This document shows positions 49,232 to 59,255 of a stretch of 64,000 bases of DNA, one piece after another. The notes under the pieces are model-generated. The model searched no databases and was not told the DNA's origin. It worked only from the letters and a program-made list of their open reading frames with translations. The stretch is from assembly GCA_963793265.1 (NCBI GenBank), contig CAWBZI010000002.1, positions 64,001 through 128,000 on the forward strand, written 5' to 3'. Numbering within the stretch: position 1 is the first letter of the stretch; every line of letters begins with the position of its first letter. The position numbers and the translations under genes are program-made. The DNA is from an uncultured cyanobacterium. Its GTDB lineage: Bacteria; Cyanobacteriota; Cyanobacteriia; Phormidesmidales; Phormidesmidaceae.

Positions 49232-49465
49232 CCATAGGAGAAAGCTATTAGCGCTGCCATGTAGGGTTAAAAAGAAGACCATCTGTCGCCATGCGTAGGC
49301 TGAGTTTTTGAGGTGAATAAGAGAAGCGTGCCAGGTGGGCGTGTTCATTTGCATCCGCTGAACAATCCACACAAAGCAGTCTTGGGCGAGCTGCTGATAG
49401 CTGCCGTCAAAGGCTTCGAAGATTTGGGCTGCGATCGCCTCAGAAGTATAGAGAATGAGTTCCTA
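49232..49465 (-). pseudogene. Fragment of a larger unknown gene cut by the MITE
   Basis: Protein-like frame ELILYTSEAIAAQIFEAF..QLAQDCFVWI..LKNSAYAWRQMVFFL with no start; it runs into the MITE end. Confidence 0.45.
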
Positions 49466-49500
49466 TAGAGAAGAGGTACTACCAGCGACTTTCTAGCTTT

Positions 49501-50463
49501 TTAACCGCCACCGCCACCGCCACCGCCGCCACCGCCACCGTCAGAGATTTTAGGAATAACAAATTGCTTTTCAGCATGATAAGAACAGCTTCCGCAGTGG
49601 CTGACCGTCGCCCCTAGCCCTCTTCTATAGCGGGTTGCACTTTGTATGTCTCTACGCGATCGCTTCAATTTATACTCGCTGCAGTTAGGACAGCGAGCGC
49701 TTCTCACCTTTGCAACAATAATAAGCGTCACGATTGCAACTGCGCCCACTGCCCAGCCATTCAAAGCGCTAACAAACTTCGAGGTTTTTTCTCCAAAAGA
49801 CAGCTCGGGTAAATTGAGGATACCAGTTGGGAAGGCAACTCGAATCTCTAACTCTCGCTGCGGATGGATGGGCCTGGAAGCAACGAACTCGAAGGTTCTA
49901 GGATCTACCTGACGAGAGGTTGCTGCTGTGTCAAAGCTAGTGAAATTGGTCGCTTTGCCAGATAAAGCCTCTGGCAGAGTAACTAGCACCTTCGCGTTTT
50001 GAATGGGTGCTTTACGATCAGCAAAGATAGCTTTCCAGTAAACCTGCGTGTTCTGGCTACGTTTTTGTAATCCCCCCACGACTCGGTACTTCAAAACAAA
50101 TGTATGCGTTTCTGGTGGATTCAGTTCGTGCTGCCAGCGAATCCAAAGCTGATTATTCTCAATTCCAGTTACACTCTCAACAACCTGGCCGTTTTCCTCG
50201 ACCGCGACATCTCTAATGTCATCTACTTTGGCCAGGGGAATATAGCGATACCTTTGATTAGTATGCTCTCGGTTAAATACATATTCTTGCTCTTCTGTGA
50301 TCAGCATATCGCCGTTCGACTGAACGTCTATATTGACGTCAATACGCTCCCAGTAGAACGGGCTCGACTGAGCTGAAGAGGCGATCACAACCGTCTTAGC
50401 AGAAAAGACAAAAAGTAAAGCAATCAATGCGAGGATAGTTCACGTGATCCATTTTTTGGTCAT
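49501..50463 (-). CDS. DUF2207-like exported domain with TM helix, Cys4 zinc ribbon and poly-Gly tail; premature TGA in the signal peptide
   Basis: ATG at 50463 reads MTKKWIT*TILALIALL.. in frame with the 50427 ORF; CPNC..CGSC; (GGY)n tail. Confidence 0.7.
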
Positions 50464-50706
50464 GTAATGTCCCTATAGGGCGTCTTTGTGTTTATCTCAT
50501 CAATGAGCTATGGCGTTCTGGAAACAGAAACAACAAAGCTGTAACATTCCTTAACCTTTCTGCTTTTCCGCAATAGGCACACCTTTTCTGTATGTAAGAA
50601 TGCTCCGGGTGAAATGAGCGTAATTCAGGAAATTCTCAGGAAAGCTTGCCATAATAAAAAAGCTAAACAACAACTTTTCAAGCACGTCTGGAAGCCCCCT
50701 TCAGCT

Positions 50707-51786
50707 ATGCCTAATTTTCCGTTTCTTCCCGCTCGCCGCAAGCTACTAAAACGACTCGGCCTGCTCGGCGGTGCGGCCATGCTACCCCCTATCTTTCGTG
50801 CTCTGGGCTCCTCATCTCCAGTGGCTACGTCTGCCATGCCATTACGTGCGATCGCTCAGTCCGCACCGTTGGCCGCTGACGGGCTCAATCCTCATCGGGT
50901 TGTTTTAGTCAGCACAACTGACCGCGCCGCGGGCGTACGCAGAGCCCTGGAACTTTTACAGCCGCCTAGCTTTCAAGGCCAGCGAGTTTTTATCAAGCCA
51001 AATTACAACACGGGCGATCCGGCTCCTGCGGCGACTGATCCTGCGGTACTTGAGGCTTTGGTGCAGGTGATACAAAGCGACGGGGCGAGCCAGATTACGG
51101 TGGGCGATCGCTCAGGTATGGTCGAGACTCGCAGCGCCATGCAGCAGATGAAAGTGTTTGACTTAGCAGAGCGCTATGGCTTCACGCCCATGGTATTCGA
51201 TGAGCTAGGCCGTGATGACTGGCAGTATTTCGATAGCGAGGGCACGAACTGGTCAAGAGGGTTTGCCGTGGCGCGTCCTGTTTTAGACGCCGATGCGGTT
51301 GTCAACGTTTGCTGCTTAAAAACGCATCGCTTTGGTGGCCACTTTACCCTCTCGCTGAAGAACACGATTGGCATGGTGGCTCGCCGCGTGCCTGGCGACG
51401 GGCACGACTACATGCAGGAGCTACACCGCTCTAATAACCAGCGGCTCATGATTGCTGAGGTTAACCGGGCCTATCGCCCGACGCTTAATTTGATTGATGG
51501 GGTGGATGCTTTTGTTGGCGGTGGCCCTGAGCAGGGAGAACGGGTAAGGGCAGGGGTGATGCTGGCGAGTAGCGATCGCATTGCCATTGATGCGGTTGGC
51601 ATTGCCATACTCCGAATGCTGGGTACGACCTCAGAAGTGTCTACCGGATCAATTTGGCAGCAGGCTCAGATTCGCCGCGCCGCTGATTTGGGCCTGGGTG
51701 CTATTAACAGTGAGCAAATAGAGCTATTAGCGGCTGATAGTGAAAGCGCTCAGATGATTGATAAGCTGCGGCCCTTTCTGAGCTAG
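50707..51786 (+). CDS. DUF362-family protein with Tat signal
   Basis: ARRKLL followed by a hydrophobic stretch; IKPNY, TDP, VGDRSG and LKTH..FTLSLKN. Confidence 0.85.
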   Translation: MPNFPFLPARRKLLKRLGLLGGAAMLPPIFRALGSSSPVATSAMPLRAIAQSAPLAADGLNPHRVVLVSTTDRAAGVRRALELLQPPSFQGQRVFIKPNYNTGDPAPAATDPAVLEALVQVIQSDGASQITVGDRSGMVETRSAMQQMKVFDLAERYGFTPMVFDELGRDDWQYFDSEGTNWSRGFAVARPVLDADAVVNVCCLKTHRFGGHFTLSLKNTIGMVARRVPGDGHDYMQELHRSNNQRLMIAEVNRAYRPTLNLIDGVDAFVGGGPEQGERVRAGVMLASSDRIAIDAVGIAILRMLGTTSEVSTGSIWQQAQIRRAADLGLGAINSEQIELLAADSESAQMIDKLRPFLS

Positions 51787-52781
51787 CGCAGCGAAAAATC
51801 AACGACAATCGGGAGGTGATCTGATCCAACGTCATCGCCTGTGTGCATTCCAACGACATCAAGCGAAGGACTTGCCAGGCACTGATCAATCGGAATTTGG
51901 AACAGTTTAGTAAAGACGCCTAGCTTAGGTGTGAAAAAATACGACGTGTTCGCAGGCCAGGTAGGAAAGGTGCCGAGCCCTTTTCGTGTGTTCTTTAGAC
52001 CCGTTTCATCAGCGAGGATTCGGTAAAAAGGCGACCACATGGTCGTGTTGAAGTCACCAATTAATACAACCGGATCGGTTTGCTGCTGTACATAGTCGCT
52101 GACGGCCCTGAACACTCTGTTTCGGCTATCAAGAAACGATCTCTTAAGGGGCGGTAGCGGATGGATAGCAACAATTGATAGCTGCTGATTTTGAGTTTGA
52201 ACGCGCGCGGTTAGATTGACCGCGTTGTTGGTATCGAACTTTCTGATTTCAAAGTCTGTCAGTGGGTTTTTGCTGTAGAGGACAGCGCCGGGCTGATATG
52301 GCGTTAGTTGGTTAGAGTTGTAGGGTAAAAATGCTTTTAAGACTTCTAGCTGTTCTGCCATAGCGTCGTTGACTTCTATGAATATAGCCAGGTCAGGTTG
52401 TTCCTGTTCAGTGAGCTTTATAATCTCGGCAGCGTTGTTGTTGGCAACGTTTAGATTCGTGCTCATCACCCGGTAGTTTGAGACTGTGTTGCTTTGAAAA
52501 GACGGAAAGTACCAGGGAATAATTTGAGCTGAGAGGAGTGCTGTGCAGAAAAGTGTGAGCAGGATGAGAGGCGATCGCTTCAGACAGATAGCGATCGCAC
52601 TTACAAGAAGCATTGCTCCAAAATACTGCATTTGAAAGTGGCACAGAATCTCAAACAGCAGTGGGCCACGAATACGGCTGCTGAGTATTGCTATGGTCGT
52701 GACACCCAGCGCTAGCAAAGCGCATCCGATAGACACAAAGGCAGAGAATCGTTTGAGAGCAGTGCCTTCTTTCATAATCAT
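51783..52781 (-). CDS. Membrane-anchored endonuclease/exonuclease/phosphatase-family protein
   Basis: N-terminal TMs, GDFNTT, PIDQ and GSDHLP. Confidence 0.88.
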   Translation of the reverse strand: MIMKEGTALKRFSAFVSIGCALLALGVTTIAILSSRIRGPLLFEILCHFQMQYFGAMLLVSAIAICLKRSPLILLTLFCTALLSAQIIPWYFPSFQSNTVSNYRVMSTNLNVANNNAAEIIKLTEQEQPDLAIFIEVNDAMAEQLEVLKAFLPYNSNQLTPYQPGAVLYSKNPLTDFEIRKFDTNNAVNLTARVQTQNQQLSIVAIHPLPPLKRSFLDSRNRVFRAVSDYVQQQTDPVVLIGDFNTTMWSPFYRILADETGLKNTRKGLGTFPTWPANTSYFFTPKLGVFTKLFQIPIDQCLASPSLDVVGMHTGDDVGSDHLPIVVDFSLR

Positions 52782-52796
52782 GCAGACCTCTACGGG

Positions 52797-53720
52797 TTAG
52801 TGACTTTCCTTACCGTAGGGTATTCCTAGCGCAGCCGGGGGGGTTGATCTACCAGTAAAACCTGCTAGTGCAAAGAGGGCGCTCAGGTAGGGCAGCATGG
52901 CCAATAGCTGATAGGGAATATCCAGGTCAAAGGCTTGAACGCGAAGCTGTATGGCTTCTGTTGCGCCAAATAGTAAGCAGGCTAGAGTGGTGAATACCGG
53001 ATGCCAGCGGCCAAAGATGAGCGCGGCTAGCGCGATGAACCCTTTGCCAGCGCTCATGTTTTCGGTGAAGAAGCCGACGTGGACAAGTGCGAGGTAGGCT
53101 CCTGCAAGGCCGCAAAGCCCGCCGCACACAACAACGCTTAAATAGCGCACTTGGGTGACTGAAACACCGGCTGTATCGGCAGCTTTAGGCGCATTGCCGA
53201 CTGCGCGTAGGGATAGGCCCCACTGGGTATAGAACAGTCCATAGGTACTCACGGCAACCAGTACCAACAACAGATAAAAAAGTGGATCTTGCTGAAAGAG
53301 AACGCCAACAATGGGGAGCGCTTGCAGGCCCGGAATCTTCAGCGGCTCAATGCCGGGTAGGGCGACGGTGCCCGTTTCAAAGAGCAGTCTTGCGCCGTAG
53401 GTGGTGAGTCCGGCGGCGGTGAGATTGATAGCAAGGCCGGAGACGAGCTGATTGACTGATAGGCTAACGCAGAGGTAAGCGTGGAGTAAGCCGACTAGGG
53501 CGCTTGCTATGAAGGCCGCGCCGACAGCTAGCCAGGCTTGATCTGATGCGATCGCTACGCCTGCACTCACAAACGCCCCGGTGAGAATCATTCCTTCGAG
53601 CCCAATGTTTAACACGCCCGAGCGCTCAGAGATTAATCCGCCTAGTGCGGCAAAAGCTAACGGTACCGTCAGCCGGAGGCACGCGGCGAGAAAATCGGAG
53701 AGGAAATTAACAGGTGGCAT
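52797..53720 (-). CDS. Nucleoside (BMP-type) ABC permease
   Basis: SERSGVLNIGLEG and GKGFIALAALIFGRW. Confidence 0.92.
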   Translation of the reverse strand: MPPVNFLSDFLAACLRLTVPLAFAALGGLISERSGVLNIGLEGMILTGAFVSAGVAIASDQAWLAVGAAFIASALVGLLHAYLCVSLSVNQLVSGLAINLTAAGLTTYGARLLFETGTVALPGIEPLKIPGLQALPIVGVLFQQDPLFYLLLVLVAVSTYGLFYTQWGLSLRAVGNAPKAADTAGVSVTQVRYLSVVVCGGLCGLAGAYLALVHVGFFTENMSAGKGFIALAALIFGRWHPVFTTLACLLFGATEAIQLRVQAFDLDIPYQLLAMLPYLSALFALAGFTGRSTPPAALGIPYGKESH

Positions 53721-53740
53721 AGGCTTTTCTATTCAACGGC

Positions 53741-54799
53741 TTATATTGTGGGATCTACGGACTTTTGAGCACGATTTTCCAAGGTCAGGCTAATTGCAAC
53801 AAACAGTACGATGAGCCCTTGAATGGCATAGATAATGGAGACAGGAACAGCGGCACTGCGCTGCATGACATTCGCGCCGCTGCGCAGGGCTCCGAAGAAG
53901 AAGGCGGTGAGAATAACAACCGCAGGATTGCCACGACTAAGCAGCGCGATCGCCAGCGCATCAAACCCATATCCGGGCGAAAAGTTCTCAAAGAGGCGGC
54001 GCTTTAGACCCAGAACTTCACTGCTGCCCGCTAAGCCCGCAAGTCCGCCGGAAAGAGCCATGACGCTAAGCACTGTACGATTGACGGAAATGCCTGCATA
54101 GCGAGCGGCGATTGAGTTTTGGCCCACCGTATCGATGCGGTAGCCCCAGGCGGTGACGGCAAAGGCGAGCGTGAGGATGAGGGCAATCGTCAGTCCCACA
54201 AAGATACCGGCGTGGGCCTGCGTCTTCGGCAGAATGGTCGGTAGATAGGCAGAGGCCGCCACCAGTTCAGAAAAGGGGCTAGGCGCACCGGCTGCTTTGA
54301 GCGGGCCGTTGACTAAGTAGCTAATCAGGTTTTGCGCGACGTAGTTTAGTAGTAGCGTGGTCAGCACTTCATTCAGGCCACGGGCAACTTTTAGATAGCC
54401 AGCGATCGCACCCCAAGCCGCACCAAAGCCAAAGCCGCCCAACAGCGCCAGCGGCAAATGGATCACCATCGGCAAAGCCGGGAAGGCTAGCCCCACCAGC
54501 AAACTGCCCAGTCCGCCCATATAGATTTGCCCTTCTGCGCCCAGATTAAACTGTCCGGCCCTGAGCGCAACGAGAACGCCTAAGCTAGCAAGCAGCAAAG
54601 GCGTTGTTTTTGTCAGGGTGTCGGCAAAGCCAAAGTAGGTGGTTAGCGACTGACGAAATAGGGCACCGTAGGCGGCAATTGGACTGGCCCCAGCGATCAG
54701 CATTAGCAGGGCACCGACCAGTAGCGCGGCAAGAACGGCAAGAACAGGCGGCAGGGCGCTGCGCAGTGAAGTTTGGAAGTCGCGCTGGGAAACGTTCAC
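53741..54799 (-). CDS. Nucleoside (BMP-type) ABC permease
   Basis: FNLGAEGQ, NEVLTTLLLNY and GYGFDALAIALL. Confidence 0.92.
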   Translation of the reverse strand: MNVSQRDFQTSLRSALPPVLAVLAALLVGALLMLIAGASPIAAYGALFRQSLTTYFGFADTLTKTTPLLLASLGVLVALRAGQFNLGAEGQIYMGGLGSLLVGLAFPALPMVIHLPLALLGGFGFGAAWGAIAGYLKVARGLNEVLTTLLLNYVAQNLISYLVNGPLKAAGAPSPFSELVAASAYLPTILPKTQAHAGIFVGLTIALILTLAFAVTAWGYRIDTVGQNSIAARYAGISVNRTVLSVMALSGGLAGLAGSSEVLGLKRRLFENFSPGYGFDALAIALLSRGNPAVVILTAFFFGALRSGANVMQRSAAVPVSIIYAIQGLIVLFVAISLTLENRAQKSVDPTI

Positions 54800-56277
54800 T
54801 CGACTTCCCCTACCGGATGACCTGCCATCAGCAGGCTAATTTGCTCTGGGGTAGCGTCTTTGACACTTGGAACTTCGACGAGCTGCCCGCGGTAGAGGAC
54901 GGTGAGGCGATCGCTCATTGCCATTACTTCTTCTAGCTCGGTGGAAATATACAAGACTGCTGCGCCACGTGATCGCTGTGCCAACAAACTCTGCTGTACC
55001 GCCGCTGTCGCCCCAATATCTAGCCCTCTAGTCGGCTGCATAGCCACGATCAAATCCGGTTCGCCCGCCAGTTCTCGCGCCAAGATTACCTTTTGCTGGT
55101 TGCCACCGGAGAGTTGATCGGCCTGTAAGCGGTGGTCTGTTGCTCGAATGTCAAAGGACTGGATAGCGTGAGTGGCGTTGGTTGCGATCGCGTCTTGCTG
55201 CAACACCCACCGCCGACAGAAAGGCAGCTTAGAAAACGCCTTAAGAATGAGATTACGAGCGATTGAAAAGCTCAGCACTAATCCCTGCTGCTGTCGGTCT
55301 TCAGGAATGTAGGCAATCTGTTTAGAAGATTTGGCAGAGACTATTTCAATAGAACCTTGCTGAATCGGTAACAGGCGCGAAATCGCATCCGCTAATTCTC
55401 TTTGTCCGTTCCCATCTACACCTGCAATTCCCAAAATCTCACCTGCGCGCACCTGCAAAGACAGCCCTTGTACAGCAGCTACCCGACGATTTTTCACCCA
55501 TAAATCTTGAACATCAAGAACAACATCTCCTGCTGTCTGCGGCGACCAGCGAGCGTTAGTCTCTACAGCTTTATCGACCATCAGCCGGGCGAGAGCGGTA
55601 GGATTTGTCTGCTCAGCAGGCAGTGAGGCTACCACTTGGCCACGCCGTAGAACCGTAATGCGATCGCACACAGCCATAATCTCATTCAGCTTATGACTAA
55701 TAAAGACAATCGTATGATTGCGAGCGGCAAGCTGTCGCAAAATCTCTAAAAAGGACTTGATTTCAACTGGCGTTAGCACAGCCGTTGGCTCATCTAAAAT
55801 CAAAATGCGAGCCTGACGATACAGCACCTTCAAGATTTCAACCCGCTGCTGAATACCTACCGGGAGATCTTCTACGCGGGCCATCGGCGGCACAATTAAG
55901 CCGTAGTCTTCACCAAGCTGCGCGATCTCTGCTGCCTTAGCCTTCAAATTCAATCGCAGCCCACCCGCTTGCCCCAAAACGACATTCTCTACAACCGTAA
56001 GCTGCGGCACCAGCATAAAGTGCTGATGAATCATGCCGATGCCACAGCGAATCGCATCCGCAGGCGAATTGATCTGCACCGGCTGTTCATCCAGCCAAAT
56101 TTGTCCTGCATCCGGCTGATACAGCCCTGAGAGAATATTCATCAGCGTCGACTTACCGGCTCCATTCTCTCCTAAAAGCCCGTGAATAGATCCGCTGCCA
56201 ATCTCCAGGCTGATATTGTCATTGGCTGCAAACGTACCGAACCGCTTGGTCATACCTGCCAGGCGCAAATTGCTCAT
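54796..56277 (-). CDS. Nucleoside ABC ATPase (two fused NBDs)
   Basis: GENGAGKST, ILDEPT, LSGGNQQK and QPTRGLDIG. Confidence 0.93.
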   Translation of the reverse strand: MSNLRLAGMTKRFGTFAANDNISLEIGSGSIHGLLGENGAGKSTLMNILSGLYQPDAGQIWLDEQPVQINSPADAIRCGIGMIHQHFMLVPQLTVVENVVLGQAGGLRLNLKAKAAEIAQLGEDYGLIVPPMARVEDLPVGIQQRVEILKVLYRQARILILDEPTAVLTPVEIKSFLEILRQLAARNHTIVFISHKLNEIMAVCDRITVLRRGQVVASLPAEQTNPTALARLMVDKAVETNARWSPQTAGDVVLDVQDLWVKNRRVAAVQGLSLQVRAGEILGIAGVDGNGQRELADAISRLLPIQQGSIEIVSAKSSKQIAYIPEDRQQQGLVLSFSIARNLILKAFSKLPFCRRWVLQQDAIATNATHAIQSFDIRATDHRLQADQLSGGNQQKVILARELAGEPDLIVAMQPTRGLDIGATAAVQQSLLAQRSRGAAVLYISTELEEVMAMSDRLTVLYRGQLVEVPSVKDATPEQISLLMAGHPVGEVE

Positions 56278-57332
56278 GAAGTAACAACTTTGACCGACGC
56301 CTTACCGTTTTCTTCGGCATCTTCAAACACCAGCTTATTGGCCACCATATCAGCAGCCACCTGATCCACTTTCGCTCGTAAATCTGCCGGTACCGCCTCA
56401 TTAAAAGTGCCAAACCTCACCAGCTCAGGCGTCTCTAGCCCAATCACGTATCTCTTTCCTTCAATCTCATCAGTTGCCGCTAGCGCTGCTACCATCGTTA
56501 TTGCCCCGCCAATATCTTGAATGGCACTGGTCAAAATTGCTTTCGGCGCTAGCTCAAACTGATCGACATTGTTGCCAAACGCATAAATACCGGCTTCTTC
56601 ACAAGCCTGCAACACTGCCGGAGCCGAATTGTCCAAGTTATGAAAAATCACATCAACCCCGCTGGCAATCAGCGCTAGCGCCGACTCCTTAGCCTTGGCA
56701 ATATCGTTAAAATCTCCCACAAAGCTCGACACTACCTCAGCACTTGGATCCATCGCTTTTGCCCCCAAATCCATCGCCGCCCCCTGCTGCTGAGTTGATT
56801 TAAACTCCATCCCGGCTAAGTAAGCCAGCTTCTTTGTCTTACTCATTGCCGCACCCATCATCCCACTGAGATACAGCATTTGGTTGTAGTTTGTACGCAC
56901 GCAGGCATAGTTATCTCCTGCAATGTCTCCATTCACACCCAAGAAAAAGGTTTCTGGAAACTCAGCCGCCACCTGCTCAATGGCCGCATCAAACTGGCCG
57001 CCGTGTCCAACCACTAAACCATATCCCTCTCTCGCAAACCCAGCCAAAGATTCTGTCTGGTCGGCATTATCGACCTGTTCTACATAGGCTACTTCTACGC
57101 CCAGCTCATCGCCCGCTTGCTTTACGCCCTCGTAGCCAAGCTGATTCCAGCCGCCGTCAGTAATCGTGCCCGGTAGCGCGATCGCTAGCCTAGTCTCTAG
57201 CGGCGTTTCACTGGCCGCATCGTCCGCGCCACCCTCTGCTGTTGGCGACGCGCAAGCCTTGAGCAAAACGCTGCTGAGCGCCGTTGCCATACCATAGCCA
57301 AGAAATTGACGACGATTGAAAGGATTCGCCAT
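56274..57332 (-). CDS. BMP-family (purine nucleoside) substrate-binding lipoprotein, Tat-exported
   Basis: NRRQFL, lipobox LKAC, DGGWNQ and GDFND..KAKE.A..LI..GVDVI. Confidence 0.9.
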   Translation of the reverse strand: MANPFNRRQFLGYGMATALSSVLLKACASPTAEGGADDAASETPLETRLAIALPGTITDGGWNQLGYEGVKQAGDELGVEVAYVEQVDNADQTESLAGFAREGYGLVVGHGGQFDAAIEQVAAEFPETFFLGVNGDIAGDNYACVRTNYNQMLYLSGMMGAAMSKTKKLAYLAGMEFKSTQQQGAAMDLGAKAMDPSAEVVSSFVGDFNDIAKAKESALALIASGVDVIFHNLDNSAPAVLQACEEAGIYAFGNNVDQFELAPKAILTSAIQDIGGAITMVAALAATDEIEGKRYVIGLETPELVRFGTFNEAVPADLRAKVDQVAADMVANKLVFEDAEENGKASVKVVTS

Positions 57333-57442
57333 GAGTTACATCCTGAGTCAAACTCTCTAATATTATTTCTAATTTAGAGGGTAAGTGAATTTGGTCACGT
57401 CATTCGGTGATTAAATTTACTAAACCTTTTGCTTTCGCACCT

Positions 57443-57925
57443 ATGTCTGCATCGCCTCAAACCATCCGCCATCTTCAGTACGCCAATCAAATCGCCCTGC
57501 GCGCGCAATCCTTTGGCCATCACCCCTTTGGCGCAATCCTGGTCGCCCCAGATCGTGAAACGGTGCTGCTCACACAGGGCAATGTCGATACGGTTAATCA
57601 CGCCGAATCTGTACTCATTCGGACGGCGGTGACTAACTTTAGCGCTGACTATCTTTGGGACTGTACGCTCTACACAACCGTCGAGCCCTGCGCGATGTGT
57701 GCGGCCACCCAGTACTGGGCCAATATCGGGCGGCTGGTGTATGGCCTTTCTGAATTACAGTTGCTAGCGCTTACGGGCGATCATCCCGAGAATCCTACGC
57801 TGAATCTGCCTTGCCGGGAAGTGTTTAGTCGGGGGCAAAAGGCGATCGCTATTCAAGGGCCCATTCTTGAAGTAGAAGCTGAAATTGCTGCTGTTCATCA
57901 GCGCTTCTGGCAACAAAAACTATAA
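57443..57925 (+). CDS. Zn-dependent nucleoside/nucleobase deaminase (GuaD/TadA-like)
   Basis: HPFGAILV, HAE and EPCAMC; divergent from the nucleoside ABC operon. Confidence 0.9.
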   Translation: MSASPQTIRHLQYANQIALRAQSFGHHPFGAILVAPDRETVLLTQGNVDTVNHAESVLIRTAVTNFSADYLWDCTLYTTVEPCAMCAATQYWANIGRLVYGLSELQLLALTGDHPENPTLNLPCREVFSRGQKAIAIQGPILEVEAEIAAVHQRFWQQKL

Positions 57926-58013
57926 GACAACTATAAGACGGCTATCTACACGCAACGCCTTTGCTCGTCCATTATAGAGACACTAGCTTGCAGGTTTTGC
58001 AAGAATGGCAACG

Positions 58014-59237
58014 CTATACGTCCAGCTTTCTGTATTCTCTAGCAATTTGCCACTCTTCTTGAGTGTGAATAACCATCACAGCAACGTTAGAGGATGGGGC
58101 CGATACGTTTTTGTCTTGGCCCTCCTCAATCTCAGCGTTTTTCTCTTTAGAAATATCAACGCCCAAAAAAGCAAGCCCCTCACAGGTGCGATCGCGCAAA
58201 GCCGCCGTATGCGACCCGGCCCCACCCGAAAATACCAGCACATCAAGCCCGCCCAAACTAGCCGTCATCGCCGCAATGCTAGCGCGCAGGCGGTAAATAT
58301 ACATCTCGAGAGCGAGTTTGGCTTGAGCATTGCCAGCAGCAATCGCCCGCATTAATTCTCTCATATCACCTGAAATCTCCGAGATCCCCTTCAAACCAGA
58401 CTGCTTATTCAGCATCTCATCCAACTGCTGATGGCCGTAGCCTTTCTCTCGCATTAAATAGATCAAAATACCTGGATCGACGCTGCCGGACCGCGTGCCC
58501 ATCATCACCCCATCCATAGGCGTAAAGCCCATGGTCGTATCAATGCTATGGCCCGATTTAATCGCGGCTAAAGAACAGCCATTGCCTAGATGACAGGTCA
58601 CCAGGCGCAAATCTTCTAGTGGCTGATCCAACAGCTCGGCAGCGCGATGAGCGCAGTACTGATGGCTAATGCCATGAAAACCGTAGCGGCGAATGCCCTG
58701 ATCTATCCAATCTTGCGGCACGGGATAAAGCGCAGCGACTTCGGGCATTTGGCTATGAAATGCCGTATCGAAAACCGCGTACTGGGGCATGTCATGCCAT
58801 ATCTCTTCTATGAGCTGAATGCCCGCTAGGCTAGCAGGATTGTGGGCAGGTGCAAGTGGGATTAAGTTAGCGATCGCAAGCTTCACCACGTCATCTATCC
58901 GCACACTCTGCCGATAATCTTGGCCTCCATGCACCACCCGATGCCCCACCGCCGCAATCTCTTCTACACCCGAGATGACAGCAGTTTTACCCTCATAGAG
59001 AGTTTTTAGCATTTGAGCAATGTCTTGGGAGCGGTCACGTTCAGGCAAATCAACTTTTACCGTCTGCCCCGCTCCGGTCGCTATTAGCAACGGCGGCGAC
59101 TGCTGCTGGTCAATTTGCGCTTGCCATAGCGGTGCTGGCGGTGCCACCGAATCGGATCGGCCCAGTTCATACAAACCGCTTTTATGCCCGCTCGATCCGG
59201 CGTTGAGCACCAGTATTTTATCGCCCATAGTCTTCAC
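58014..59237 (-). CDS. ackA: Acetate kinase
   Basis: LNAGSS, GHRVVHGG, FDTAFH, RRYGFHGISH and HLGNG. Confidence 0.95.
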   Translation of the reverse strand: MKTMGDKILVLNAGSSGHKSGLYELGRSDSVAPPAPLWQAQIDQQQSPPLLIATGAGQTVKVDLPERDRSQDIAQMLKTLYEGKTAVISGVEEIAAVGHRVVHGGQDYRQSVRIDDVVKLAIANLIPLAPAHNPASLAGIQLIEEIWHDMPQYAVFDTAFHSQMPEVAALYPVPQDWIDQGIRRYGFHGISHQYCAHRAAELLDQPLEDLRLVTCHLGNGCSLAAIKSGHSIDTTMGFTPMDGVMMGTRSGSVDPGILIYLMREKGYGHQQLDEMLNKQSGLKGISEISGDMRELMRAIAAGNAQAKLALEMYIYRLRASIAAMTASLGGLDVLVFSGGAGSHTAALRDRTCEGLAFLGVDISKEKNAEIEEGQDKNVSAPSSNVAVMVIHTQEEWQIAREYRKLDV

Positions 59238-59255
59238 CTTACCTAATTGCGATCG

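Noticed and set aside
49118..49372. 84-aa ORF as a real gene
   Set aside because: It is a chimera of a gene fragment and MITE copy 3.
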